Notes under the pieces: model-generated
What the model was told of the DNA's origin: nothing
What the model saw: the letters and a program-made list of their open reading frames with translations, nothing else
Database searches by the model: none
Part shown: in pieces, positions 19,439 to 29,509 of the stretch
How positions within the stretch are numbered: position 1 is the first letter of the stretch
Layout of the letters: each line of letters opens with the position of its first letter
Assembly (NCBI GenBank): GCA_965279375.1
Contig: OZ257156.1
Location: 1,408,001-1,472,000 of the forward strand
DNA: 64,000 nucleotides
Origin: Gemmatimonas sp.
GTDB taxonomy: Bacteria > Gemmatimonadota > Gemmatimonadetes > Gemmatimonadales > Gemmatimonadaceae
Direction of reading: 5' to 3'
Translations under genes and position numbers: made by a program

Positions 19439-19924
19439 ATGAGCAACACTGCGAACGGCACTGGGGCAATCGACGTCCACGAATCCGGTGCCGGGTTGGC
19501 GATAATGCTGATGATCGTGGGTGCTCTGTCGATCACACCCATCGCGATACGCGGCTACTGGCTTCCTGCGATTGGAGTCGGTGCCATACTCGGCGCGAGT
19601 GCGCTCGTCTTCTCGTCGCTTCGCATTCGCACGGTGGCTGGCCGACTTGTTGTCCGCCTGGGCGGCGTGTGGACGGTGCGCGATGTCCCGCTGACGTCGA
19701 TCAGTTCGGTTCGCAGAGCACCGGTGTCGGCGCTGGCGGGCATCGGCATTCGCCTTTTGCCGACGGGCACGCTCTACAACGTGGGCTTCGGTGACGCGGT
19801 GGAAGTAGTGCTTCGCGACGGATCGCGATTCTTTGTTGGCGTGACGAGGCCCGATTCGTTGTGCGAGCAGCTCGAGCCCCTGCTATCGGCGCCATCGCGT
19901 GACGCGGTTGCCGCGAGGCTGTGA
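19439..19924 (+). CDS. Hypothetical membrane protein (2 TM + bacterial PH-like domain)
   Basis: GGGAG RBS, two TM segments, GIGIR...LYNV..GDAVEV motif. Confidence 0.65.
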   Translation: MSNTANGTGAIDVHESGAGLAIMLMIVGALSITPIAIRGYWLPAIGVGAILGASALVFSSLRIRTVAGRLVVRLGGVWTVRDVPLTSISSVRRAPVSALAGIGIRLLPTGTLYNVGFGDAVEVVLRDGSRFFVGVTRPDSLCEQLEPLLSAPSRDAVAARL

Positions 19925-20095
19925 TGCGCTGAGCGGGTTGGAGTTCAAAAGTCGGTATGGTCCTTGCCTCTCATAATGGCATTCGCGGTCTCTTGGATCG
20001 CTTCACGCCTTTGGGAGCTTGTCGTGCACAATTTCGGTTCCGTCGTCGCCAGGTTCGCGCTGCACACCGACGCGCGGTAGAAGGCGGCACATCGC

Positions 20096-21532
20096 ATGGT
20101 GCACGTAACGCCCGCGCCCGGAGTGACGGCGCTTGAAGCAGCGCCACCCGTGTCCACGCAACCGGTCGCCGAACCACCGGTGAAGACACCACTCGCGGCA
20201 TCCCCGCTCGCAGCCCAGCAGGGCGTCGCGGCGACCACTGGCACCGTTGCCTCGCTTCCCGTTCCGTCAACAGGCGCTACGCTCGCGCTCGTGCGGAAGA
20301 CCGCAAAGAAACGTTCGCGCCGACGATGGATCGTCGCGGCTGGCATTGCCGCTGTGGTCCTCGCGTGGTTTGTCGGACGACCGATCATTCTTGGCCCGGT
20401 CGTCGCGGTCGCGCCGATCATGCGCGCCGACCTCGTGCAGACGCTCGTGGCCAGCGGGCACATCGAAACGCCATATCGCGTCTCCATCGGCAGCCAGATC
20501 ACCGGCGTGGTGTCGCGCATTCCGGTGAGCGAAGGTCAGGCTGTACAGCAAGGCGATACGCTGCTCCTTCTCGATGCCACGGAAGCGCGTGCGCTGGATG
20601 TACAAGCCGGTGGGCAACTGGCACAGGCAGCAGCGCGTCTGCGACAACTGCGTGAAGTCGCACTCCCGACGGCGATGCAATCACTGGCAGAGGCAAAGGC
20701 CACGCTGCTCGGCACGCAACAGGCCTTCGACCGCAACCTGGCCGTTGCCGGATTTGACACGCCCGCATCGCGCGATGCCGCGCAAGCAAATCTCGACGTT
20801 GCACGCGCGCGTGTACGGAGCGCGCAACTGCAAGTGACGACGAACGCCGCGGGTGGAAGTGACTATCAGGTCGCGCAAACGCAGTTCAGTCAGGCCAGCG
20901 CCAATCTCGATGCGGCGCGATCTCGCTCGGGGTATCGTGTGGTCACGGCTCCGCGCGCTGGCGTGTTGTTGTCACGCTCTGTAGAAGTCGGCGATGTGGT
21001 GCAGCCGGGTAAGGAGTTGATGCTGCTGTCGCCGAAGGGTGACGTGGACATTGTCGTACAGATCGATGAGCGCAATCTCGGACTGATTGCGACGGGACAA
21101 TCGGCGCTGGCGTCTGCCGACGCATATGCAAAGCAATCGTTTCCAGCCACGGTCGTCTTCATCAACCCGGCCGTGGACATGCTGCGCGCGTCGGTGGAAG
21201 TGAAGCTGCGCGTCCCGGTACCGCCGCCGTATCTGCGACAAGACATGACGATGTCGGTGGACATCGAGGCCAAACGGCATCCGCAGACGTTGGTGGTTGC
21301 GGCGTCCGACGTTCACGAGGCCAACACAACGCATCCTTGGCTGATGATCGCCAAGGGCAGTCGTGCGCGAAGACAGGAGGTGACGCTCGGCATTGTGAGC
21401 GGCGGGAAGGCGGAGATCCTGAGCGGTGCGGCGGCGGGCGATCTTGTGGTGACAGCCACGGCGAAATCAGTCACCGATGGACATCGCATCAGGGCACGCG
21501 AAAGCCCGGCTCCGACGCCGACTTCACCGTGA
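20096..21532 (+). CDS. Efflux RND/MacA-type periplasmic adaptor subunit
   Basis: Single TM, lipoyl halves (VSEGQAVQQGD; APRAGV...VEVGDVVQPG), helical hairpin. Confidence 0.9.
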   Translation: MVHVTPAPGVTALEAAPPVSTQPVAEPPVKTPLAASPLAAQQGVAATTGTVASLPVPSTGATLALVRKTAKKRSRRRWIVAAGIAAVVLAWFVGRPIILGPVVAVAPIMRADLVQTLVASGHIETPYRVSIGSQITGVVSRIPVSEGQAVQQGDTLLLLDATEARALDVQAGGQLAQAAARLRQLREVALPTAMQSLAEAKATLLGTQQAFDRNLAVAGFDTPASRDAAQANLDVARARVRSAQLQVTTNAAGGSDYQVAQTQFSQASANLDAARSRSGYRVVTAPRAGVLLSRSVEVGDVVQPGKELMLLSPKGDVDIVVQIDERNLGLIATGQSALASADAYAKQSFPATVVFINPAVDMLRASVEVKLRVPVPPPYLRQDMTMSVDIEAKRHPQTLVVAASDVHEANTTHPWLMIAKGSRARRQEVTLGIVSGGKAEILSGAAAGDLVVTATAKSVTDGHRIRARESPAPTPTSP

Positions 21533-22758
21533 AGCCTTGGGTCCCATTCGAGTGGATTGCCGCGCTGCGATTCCTGCGCGAAGGACGGGTGCAGACGCTG
21601 TTCATCGTCAGCGGCATCGCGTTGGGTGTTGCGGTCATCGTCTTCATGTCGGCGCTTCTCACGTCGCTGCAGTCGAACTTCATCACGCGCGTGCTGGCGT
21701 CGCAGCCGCACATCCAGATTCTTCCGCCTGACGAGATCTCGCGCCCGCTGCGCTTGTCGGCGGCCGGGGTGATACAGGCGCCGCAAGTGCAGCAGCCCAC
21801 CCAGCGACTGCGTTCGATCGATCAATGGCAGAGCATCGTCGCCGAGCTTAGTACGCATGGCAACATCACCAATGTCACGCCAACCGTGACTGCTGCCGCG
21901 CTTGCGGTGCGTGGCGACGCGACGCGTTCGGTTTCAATGACGGGCATCGAGCCGGACGCGTACTTCAACATTGTGCGCATTCCGGACTACATGGTGCTTG
22001 GGCAGTCCGGCCTGACGAGCGAGCAGATCATCATTGGGTCGGAGCTCGCGCGCGATCTTGGCGTCACGGTAGGCGACAAGTTGAACGTGACGGCCGCGAA
22101 CCTCACCGTCCGCGCGTTGACTGTGAGCGGCATCTTCGATCTGGGCAACAAGGGGGCGAACGAGCGGTCGACGTACGTCGCGCTGCGCACGGCGCAGTCG
22201 CTGGCCAACCTGCCCGGCGGCGCGACGTCGATCGACATCACCGTGGCAGACCTGTACACCGCGGAGACGATCGCGCAGGTGGTCTCCGCCTCAACCGGCA
22301 TGCAGGCGGATAGCTGGATCAAGACCAACGCGCAGCTCTTCAGCGCACTCAGCACGCAGGCGATGTCGTTCACGACCATCGAGGTGTTCGTCGGGCTGTC
22401 CGTCGCATTTGGCGTCGCGAGCGTACTGAGTGTGTCGGTGATTCAGCGATCGAAGGACATCGGCATCCTGCGCGCGATGGGCGCATCGCAACAACAGATG
22501 CTGCGGGTGTTTCTCCTCCAGGGCGGACTACTCGGCATGGTGGGAGCGGTCGTTGGCTCGGTGCTTGGTGGTGGCGGGCTCACGCTCTTTCACACGCTGG
22601 TGCGTGCGTCCGATGGCAAGGAGATCTTTCCGCTGGAGCTACCCCCGTCGATTTTTGTCGCGGCGATCGCACTCGCGGGTGTCACTGGTGTGCTTGCCGC
22701 CGCACTTCCGGCGCTCAACGCAGCACGTCTCGATCCGGTCGTGGCGATCCGTGGCTGA
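21529..22758 (+). CDS. ABC transporter permease (FtsX/LolE/MacB type)
   Basis: GTG 21529 overlaps the upstream stop. IALRFL-like start, [25 protein letters not shown]. Confidence 0.92.
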   Translation: MKPWVPFEWIAALRFLREGRVQTLFIVSGIALGVAVIVFMSALLTSLQSNFITRVLASQPHIQILPPDEISRPLRLSAAGVIQAPQVQQPTQRLRSIDQWQSIVAELSTHGNITNVTPTVTAAALAVRGDATRSVSMTGIEPDAYFNIVRIPDYMVLGQSGLTSEQIIIGSELARDLGVTVGDKLNVTAANLTVRALTVSGIFDLGNKGANERSTYVALRTAQSLANLPGGATSIDITVADLYTAETIAQVVSASTGMQADSWIKTNAQLFSALSTQAMSFTTIEVFVGLSVAFGVASVLSVSVIQRSKDIGILRAMGASQQQMLRVFLLQGGLLGMVGAVVGSVLGGGGLTLFHTLVRASDGKEIFPLELPPSIFVAAIALAGVTGVLAAALPALNAARLDPVVAIRG

Positions 22759-23437
22759 CCGTGAGCAGGTGCTGCGGCTCGCGAAGGTGTGCAAGTCATA
22801 CAACGTCGGCCAGCCGTCCGAAGTGGAGGTGCTGCACAGCGTTGACCTCGTGCTCGAGCGCCAGGAGTTCGTCGCGCTCATAGGTCCGTCAGGCTCGGGG
22901 AAGAGCACGCTGCTGAACATTGTCGGCCTGCTCGACCGTCCAACGTCCGGCACACTGTTCATCAACGGACAGGAAACAGATCGACTGAGCGACGCGGAAC
23001 TCACGGAGCTGCGCAGTCGCAGCATCGGCTTCGTGTTTCAGCAGAGTCTGCTGCTCTCCGCGTTCACCGCCATCGAGAACGTGATGATGCCGATGCTCGT
23101 GGGAAAGCACTTTCCCGACGAGCATATGCACCAGCGAGCGCACGACCTCCTGACCGAGATGGGACTCGGCGACTGGGAGGACAACCTGGCGAACAACATG
23201 TCGGGTGGTCAGCAACAGCGCGTGGCCATCGCGCGGGCGCTCGCCATGAACCCGACCATCATCCTTGCCGACGAGCCGACGGGAAATCTCGACTCTCAAT
23301 CGGCCGACGTGGTTTTCGAGTTGATGCGCAAGGCCAACCGGGAAAACGGCACGACGTTCTTGATCGTCACGCACAACAACGAGCTGGCGGCGCGCTGCGA
23401 TCGAATCGTGGAAGTGGTGGACGGGCGGGTGGCCTAG
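22751..23437 (+). CDS. ABC transporter ATP-binding protein (LolD/MacB type)
   Basis: [37 protein letters not shown]. Confidence 0.94.
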   Translation: MADREQVLRLAKVCKSYNVGQPSEVEVLHSVDLVLERQEFVALIGPSGSGKSTLLNIVGLLDRPTSGTLFINGQETDRLSDAELTELRSRSIGFVFQQSLLLSAFTAIENVMMPMLVGKHFPDEHMHQRAHDLLTEMGLGDWEDNLANNMSGGQQQRVAIARALAMNPTIILADEPTGNLDSQSADVVFELMRKANRENGTTFLIVTHNNELAARCDRIVEVVDGRVA

Positions 23438-23901
23438 CGCGTGCGCGACTGCGTCGGCGACTGCGTTGCTGGATCGGTCGCCACCGATGGCAGCCACCCG
23501 CTCTCGAGCAGATGCCTGATGGGCAGGAACAACGGTATAGGTAAAGCGTCCCAGCGGCACCACCGCCACTCTGCGCTCTTGTCCGGCTCCATCGCCCGCG
23601 GCTCGCCTTCGGGCGCGATGGCCAGCACGAACAGCGTGACGTAGTGCCGCGATGACTCAACGAACAGGTCGTTGGTCCACGGTCCTCGCGCGATCACCTG
23701 CACCGAAAGCCCGGTTTCCTCCAGCGCCTCGCGAACGGCGCACGCTTCCACTGTTTCCCCGAACTCGAGATGTCCGCCGGGGAACTGCCACACGCCATCA
23801 CCGTGCGTTGCGCTGCGACGGAGGCCAAGCAGCACGCGATTGTCGCGCTGAATGATGACGGCCACGCCGATACGCGGAACTTGCGCGGCAGCCTCGCTCA
23901 A
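23434..23901 (-). CDS. NUDIX hydrolase (NUDT15/MTH2-like)
   Basis: [25 protein letters not shown]udix box, HYVTLF, EPDK. Confidence 0.92.
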   Translation of the reverse strand: MSEAAAQVPRIGVAVIIQRDNRVLLGLRRSATHGDGVWQFPGGHLEFGETVEACAVREALEETGLSVQVIARGPWTNDLFVESSRHYVTLFVLAIAPEGEPRAMEPDKSAEWRWCRWDALPIPLFLPIRHLLESGWLPSVATDPATQSPTQSRTR

Positions 23902-26600
23902 CGCGGCCCGCTGACGTACAGCTCGTTGAAGAGCAACTTGAACGTGCCATGTGGCTGCGCGCGCTGTGTGATCTGCGGGCCATAGAGCACAACGCGACCC
24001 TTACCAACCGTTGCTTCGACCGCGGCGACGCCATCCTTGAGCAGCTCCTGCCCCCATGCCCAGCCGCTGCGCAGCGAGGCTGCGCTGACAAACCACGCGA
24101 TCGGGCGCACACCTTTGCTCGCCGCATCGGCACTCAGGCGAAACACCGGACTCGCGTCGAAGAACACATCCGTGGCACCGCGCATGCCGAATGCGCTGCT
24201 GCGTGTGGTGTCCACGCGCACCTCCAGTACGCTGCCCGGCACATAGAACTGCGTGCGCGGATACGCGGTGCCGTCCTTGGCGAGATGGTTGCCGATGGGC
24301 AGTTGCAGATACGCCGCGAGATTCACCGCTGAGTTACCCACGGCCACCACGGTTCCACCCGCTTCGATGAACGCCTTGAGCGACGGCAGGCTCTTCTCCG
24401 CGCTCATGCGACCGAATTGCCCCTTGTACTCGGCGGGGAGATTCGCCGGTTCGTCTAGCACACCGCCGCCCGTGTTGCTGCGAGCACCGCCCTGCGTGCC
24501 AGGAATGGCGCCCTCCACAAACACCAGCACGTCGAAGCGCGCGCGCAGGTTGCCTGCATCGATCTCCGGCGCGAACACGCGTGAGAATGGAAACGCGAAC
24601 TGTTCGAGAATGAAGCGTGTCCATCCCGATGGCATCGATCCGCCGTACGTGTCCCACAAGCCCACGCGCGCCACGCGCAGCGGTGCGCTCGAGGTGGACG
24701 ACTTCGAACTGCCGATGGCGCTCACGCCAAGCTCCGTCGCCGATGCGCGCAGCGTGGTGAGCGCCGCGCCGCCATTCGCAATCCAGAAGGCGCCGGCCGG
24801 AAGCGTCGTTGATCCCACCGTGACTGCCTGTGGTGCGCGCGAGACCTTGGCACCGGCCGCCAACGCGCGGTTGACGACGGTGAACGCATCGTTGACGCGC
24901 GGATCCAGCCAGTAGCCCTTGGCGCCCGATGCGTTGGCGATGACTCCGGCCGGTGGCGCGACGTTCCAGTCGATCACGTTCTCGAAGGGGCCACTGAACG
25001 CATCGAGCACGCGATCGAAGCGAATGCCCATCTGAAAGGCCCACGTCCAACCGGCGTTGTCGTAGGGCGGCGTTGGTGCCGAACCGGGATACGGAAAGAC
25101 ATCGGGGTGCACCTGCGGTTCGAACATGTCGATCACGTGCGGGCGAAAGGCCTGCGCCGCTGGCACGATGAACGACCCGGCCGGATACGACTTGCCGTTC
25201 ACACTGAACGCGCGTGTGGCCCGCTGCACGGTGATGCCCGTCTCGCGCAATCCATTGATGAACTTGATCGCAGTGAGAAAATCCGCCTGATCGCTGGGAA
25301 TGATGAAGCCGCGCGGATCGCGGTAGTCAGGCGCATGCTGTGAAGCCCAGATCAGCGAATCCGCCCCCTTCACACGCTTCGCGACCTCGGCGTCGCGGCG
25401 TGGGTTTGGCGTCCACGTGTCGCGACTACCGCGCTCGATGGAGTTCTTCCCCATGCGATAGATGTTGTACTGCAGGTCCTCGCGCAGGCGTGACGCGTGA
25501 TCGAGTACCGCACGATTGAGCGAGACGGAGTACTCGATGGACTGCCGCAGATGCCATTCCTGCGGCGCGATCGGCATGGCGAGGTCGCCGCGCGGAATCT
25601 GTCGATCGGCGATCAACGGAATGCGCATCGGAGTGGGGCTGCCGATCATTTCGGTGAGCACTGCGATGGTGTTGTGAAACGTGGCGGTGTTGCGAATGCC
25701 GCCGTTCCACCAGCCGTCGTAGGGGCCGCCGGCGCGCATGGTGGCACCGGGCTTGTTCTCGATGGCGAGACGCGTGTGCATCGCCGTGCCGAGTGCCTGG
25801 ATGCCGAGCAGCATCGCAGGGTCGAGGTTGTAGTTGTACGGATCGCGGAACGGCGGCGAGTAGACGACCGTGCCTGCCGGTCCACTCTGGTGATGATTGT
25901 AGAGCAGCTGTGGAAACCACTGGTGATACAACGCGCGATTGATGTTCTCCGTCTCCTTTTGCGTGGAGGTGAAGAACTCGCGGTTGTTGTCGTGGCCGAT
26001 ATACTTCTGGTACAGTCGCGGCAAGCCAGTGAGTGTGCGCGCCTTCGGATCCTTCTCACGCATGTACCAGTCGGCCACGAGATCGTTGCCGTCGGGATTG
26101 GCGTGCACGAACAGGATGATCACGTCGTCAAGAAATCGCATCGTCTCGGGATCGGTCTGGCTAACCATCCGATACACCGTCTCTCCCAACTGCTGCGCAC
26201 CGAGTGTTTCCGTCGCGTGCAGACCGCCATCGATCCAGACGATCGCTTTGCCTTCCTTGGCGAGTGCACGCGCGTCGTCGTCGGAGAGTCCCTCTGCCTT
26301 GGCCAGTCGCTCGGCGATGCGACGGTACTTCTCGAGGTTCTTGTGATTTTCCGGTGAGGTGACGATGGCCATGAGCTGGTCTCGCCCTTCGGCGGTCTTG
26401 CCCATGACCTGCACCTTGATGCGCGGAGACTGTTGTTCGAGCGTGCGCCAGTAGTCGCTGATCTGCCGGTAGTTCGCGAGAAAGTAGTCGTCGCCGAAGT
26501 TGGCGCCGAACGCTTCACGCGGTGTCGTGATCCGCGACTGCGCGTGAAGCGTCGCGGTGGCGAGGAGGAGAGCGGAGGCGAGTACGCAGCGACGCAGCAT
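23898..26600 (-). CDS. Secreted M14 zinc carboxypeptidase
   Basis: GLHATE (HxxE), NPDG, DNNRE, NHHQ. C-terminal GATase-like region and signal peptide. Confidence 0.9.
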   Translation of the reverse strand: MLRRCVLASALLLATATLHAQSRITTPREAFGANFGDDYFLANYRQISDYWRTLEQQSPRIKVQVMGKTAEGRDQLMAIVTSPENHKNLEKYRRIAERLAKAEGLSDDDARALAKEGKAIVWIDGGLHATETLGAQQLGETVYRMVSQTDPETMRFLDDVIILFVHANPDGNDLVADWYMREKDPKARTLTGLPRLYQKYIGHDNNREFFTSTQKETENINRALYHQWFPQLLYNHHQSGPAGTVVYSPPFRDPYNYNLDPAMLLGIQALGTAMHTRLAIENKPGATMRAGGPYDGWWNGGIRNTATFHNTIAVLTEMIGSPTPMRIPLIADRQIPRGDLAMPIAPQEWHLRQSIEYSVSLNRAVLDHASRLREDLQYNIYRMGKNSIERGSRDTWTPNPRRDAEVAKRVKGADSLIWASQHAPDYRDPRGFIIPSDQADFLTAIKFINGLRETGITVQRATRAFSVNGKSYPAGSFIVPAAQAFRPHVIDMFEPQVHPDVFPYPGSAPTPPYDNAGWTWAFQMGIRFDRVLDAFSGPFENVIDWNVAPPAGVIANASGAKGYWLDPRVNDAFTVVNRALAAGAKVSRAPQAVTVGSTTLPAGAFWIANGGAALTTLRASATELGVSAIGSSKSSTSSAPLRVARVGLWDTYGGSMPSGWTRFILEQFAFPFSRVFAPEIDAGNLRARFDVLVFVEGAIPGTQGGARSNTGGGVLDEPANLPAEYKGQFGRMSAEKSLPSLKAFIEAGGTVVAVGNSAVNLAAYLQLPIGNHLAKDGTAYPRTQFYVPGSVLEVRVDTTRSSAFGMRGATDVFFDASPVFRLSADAASKGVRPIAWFVSAASLRSGWAWGQELLKDGVAAVEATVGKGRVVLYGPQITQRAQPHGTFKLLFNELYVSGPR

Positions 26601-26824
26601 CGATCGACAGGGCTGAGGGCGGACGGTGACAGCCAGACCAGCCCCATTCTACCGTCCACCGAACCATGCCGCTCGCTTTGGTGCGCGCGGGCCGAATCGG
26701 CGTCCGGCGCGCTTGCTGTCCGGCACGCCTCTGTTCGCACATCTTTCTGCCGGCGCGCCGAAGCCAATCGCAACGCACTCGCCGCGCGCGCCATGCCGCT
26801 CATCTCAGACCACCGGAGTGCGCC

Positions 26825-27343
26825 GTGGATATTCGCCTCGTGGTTGTCGATGCACTGGCGCAGCCGGTCCGGCTCGAGCAGCTGCGCGGCCTCATGCGCG
26901 AGTACGCGGCCATGCCGCATACGGTCGGACGCTGGGACAGTGCGGCGGCAGACATCGCCGCGATGCCGGAGCCCTTTGTCGTGCCCACCGGGCTGCTGCT
27001 GATGGCGCTGCGTGACGAGGAGGCGCTCGCTTGCGGTGCCCTGCTCGCGATGGATGCCGAGGTCGTCGAGATCAAGCGCTTGTATGTTCGTCCGGCTGCG
27101 CGTGGCGCCGGGTTGGGGGCGCGCATGACGACGGCGCTCATGCAGCACGCCAAGCGACTCGGCTACGCGACCGTTCGTCTCGATACCGCGCCTGAGCTTT
27201 TGGCGGCGCGTGCACTGTACGAGCGACTTGGCTTCCATTCCATTTCGCCGTACAAGAGCGGCCTCCTGCTCGAGGCGCTGTTCTTCGAGCGGCACCTCGA
27301 CGATGTGCCACTCGTCGCGTCGGAGCGCGACTGGGCGGACTGA
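26825..27343 (+). CDS. GNAT N-acetyltransferase
   Basis: EIKRLYVRPAARGAGLG, VRLDT, LYERLGF. GGAG RBS before GTG 26825. Confidence 0.88.
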   Translation: MDIRLVVVDALAQPVRLEQLRGLMREYAAMPHTVGRWDSAAADIAAMPEPFVVPTGLLLMALRDEEALACGALLAMDAEVVEIKRLYVRPAARGAGLGARMTTALMQHAKRLGYATVRLDTAPELLAARALYERLGFHSISPYKSGLLLEALFFERHLDDVPLVASERDWAD

Positions 27344-27497
27344 TAGCGGGCGGACCGCCTGCAGATGGTGCTTGGCGCAGCCGCGTCGATTGGTGGTATC
27401 GTATGGGTCGAGCCTGAGGTCGGTATCGGACCTCAGGTCGCGATGTGGCTGCCGATCGACGGGAGTCTTCAGCGGAAATCTTCAGCAGGAATTGCTC

Positions 27498-28127
27498 ATG
27501 GGATCTGCGACGGACGGGAAGGAGCACGCCGCGATGGCTTCTGCTGCGTTGCTGGTGATCGACGTGCAGCGCGCGCTCTTTGAACCGACGCCGCGGCCCT
27601 GGGAGGCAGACGAGGTGCTCTCGCGCATCAATGCGTTGGCGGCGCGCGCGCGCGCTGCGGATGCACCGGTGGTCTTCGTGCAACACGAGCGTGCCGACAC
27701 GTCGCTGGCACATGGCAGCGATGGGTGGCAATTGGCCACCGCGCTCGAGCTGACGGACACCGATCTCATCGTGCGCAAGACGACGCCGGATTCGTTTCAC
27801 GGCACGGACCTGCAGGCGCGACTCGACGCGCTGTCGGTTCGAGAGCTCGTCATCGTGGGCTACGCCTGCGAGTTCTGCGTGGATACGACGACTCGGCGCG
27901 CTGCATCGCTTGGTTATGCCGTGACGCTCGCCGCCGATGCACACACGACACACGAGAAAGCGCACGCGTCTGCCGAGCGGATTCGCGCACACGCGAACGC
28001 CACGCTGCCCGAGCTCACCAGCTTTGCCGCACCGATTCGCGCGATCGCATCGAACGCGGTGCGTTTCATGGCTGATGGTGCCGCAGCGTCCACGTCATCC
28101 GCGTCATTCGCGGCGCAGGAGGTCTAG
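27498..28127 (+). CDS. Isochorismatase-family cysteine hydrolase
   Basis: ALLVIDVQ, KTTPDSF, GYACEFCVDTTTR, DAHTT. Start 27498 or 27534. Confidence 0.9.
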   Translation: MGSATDGKEHAAMASAALLVIDVQRALFEPTPRPWEADEVLSRINALAARARAADAPVVFVQHERADTSLAHGSDGWQLATALELTDTDLIVRKTTPDSFHGTDLQARLDALSVRELVIVGYACEFCVDTTTRRAASLGYAVTLAADAHTTHEKAHASAERIRAHANATLPELTSFAAPIRAIASNAVRFMADGAAASTSSASFAAQEV

Positions 28128-28131
28128 GCGC

Positions 28132-28584
28132 ATGGCCCCGACACCGCGCAAGCGAACAGTGTCCGCGAAGGCTACGCCCGTGATGCTCTCGGGAGGCAAC
28201 CCGCAGATTCCCATGGGCGACGGCGACGCGCCCGTGCAGGCCTACATCGGGGCTCTCTCGGGCTGGAAGCGCGATCTCGTGCAGCAGCTCGACCGGCTCA
28301 TCGAGCGGCACGTTCCGCACGTGCAGAAGGCGGTGAAGTGGAACTCCCCTCTGTATGGAGTCCGCGGGCAGGGTTGGTTCGTTGGCATGCATGTCTTCAC
28401 GCAGTACGTGAAGGTGACTTTCTTTCGCGCGACGCTGATGCAGAACCCGCCAGACGGCGGTACCAGCGAAGACGCGCGATGGATCAATGTCCGCGAGGGT
28501 GCGTTGGATGAGGCGCAGATGACAGCGTGGATCGTGGAAGCGGCCAGCCTTCCGGGCTGGTTGATGGGTGGAAAGTCCAAGTGA
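28132..28584 (+). CDS. DUF1801 (YdhG-like) protein
   Basis: LSGGNPQIPMGDGDAPVQAYI, KAVKWNSPLYG, YVKVTFFR. Confidence 0.88.
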   Translation: MAPTPRKRTVSAKATPVMLSGGNPQIPMGDGDAPVQAYIGALSGWKRDLVQQLDRLIERHVPHVQKAVKWNSPLYGVRGQGWFVGMHVFTQYVKVTFFRATLMQNPPDGGTSEDARWINVREGALDEAQMTAWIVEAASLPGWLMGGKSK

Positions 28585-29405
28585 TGAGATATTCGATGAG
28601 ATTCGCGCTGATGGCGGTGGCTGTGAGTGCTGGTGTGCTGGCGGCGCAGGAGCCCGTGCGACCGGAGCGCGCAGCGCAGCCGCGTCGCGGCGACGAGATC
28701 GTCGGCTGGGTGGTGGACGCGGCGGGCAAGCCGATGTCGCAAGCCGAGGTATTGATCGCGGGGACAGAACGCACGACCCGCAGTGACGAGCGCGGCTTTT
28801 GGCGGTTCGCCAATCCACCGTCGGGACCCCACGTGGTGTTGGCGCGCGAGATCGGCTACGTGCCCTATGTGCGCGAACTGATCATCGGTCGCGCGTCGAG
28901 TGACACGCTGACGCTGCTCCTGCGCAGGTATCCGCGCACGTTGTCGGCCGTGGAGATCACGGCGCGCTACAAGTCGGTCTCCGCGAGCGCCATGATGCAG
29001 GGAGAGCGGTTGATTCAGATGCGCGTGGGTGCGGGTCGCTTGTATACGCGCGAATACATCCTCGAGACGCGACCATACTCGATCGCCGAGCTGATTCAGG
29101 GGATCCCGGGGGTCTCCGTGCAGCGCGAGCGGGGGAACGGATCGGAAGGCAACGTCGTCGCGACCATCTCTCGCAATCGAGGTGGGGCGAGTGGTACGCA
29201 GGGTGTGGGGAACGATGGCTTCTCCAACCCGTGTCCCATGCAGTTCTTCCTCAACACGACGCCGATCGAAGGCGATCAGGTCGGGCGACTCGATCCGGCG
29301 AGTTTCCGCAGTGTTGAGGTATATCCGATGAACGTGGTGATTCCCGGTCTTCCGCAGCGCGGCGATCGCTGCGGCGCGATCGTCATCAATACGATGAATC
29401 GTTAG
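28584..29405 (+). CDS. Secreted carboxypeptidase-regulatory-like domain + TonB plug-like domain protein without beta-barrel
   Basis: Signal peptide, GWVVDAAGKPM..AEV..DERGFW CarboxypepD_reg motif, VEVY and CGAIVINT plug C-terminus. TGATG coupling to DUF1801. Confidence 0.75.
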   Translation: MRYSMRFALMAVAVSAGVLAAQEPVRPERAAQPRRGDEIVGWVVDAAGKPMSQAEVLIAGTERTTRSDERGFWRFANPPSGPHVVLAREIGYVPYVRELIIGRASSDTLTLLLRRYPRTLSAVEITARYKSVSASAMMQGERLIQMRVGAGRLYTREYILETRPYSIAELIQGIPGVSVQRERGNGSEGNVVATISRNRGGASGTQGVGNDGFSNPCPMQFFLNTTPIEGDQVGRLDPASFRSVEVYPMNVVIPGLPQRGDRCGAIVINTMNR

Positions 29406-29509
29406 AGCGCGCATTCCGCGGAGGCGTGCGTCTGGCGCGTCGGTGGCAGGAACGGTACAATGGCACGTCCGGACGGCAGCTCCCCAGTCTCCGCCTGAAT
29501 CCCCGTCTT

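Noticed and set aside
26664..26801. 11-bp direct repeat CCATGCCGCTC as a target-site duplication
   Set aside because: The enclosed ~115 bp has no terminal inverted repeats or coding remnant. Plausible by chance in GC-rich DNA.
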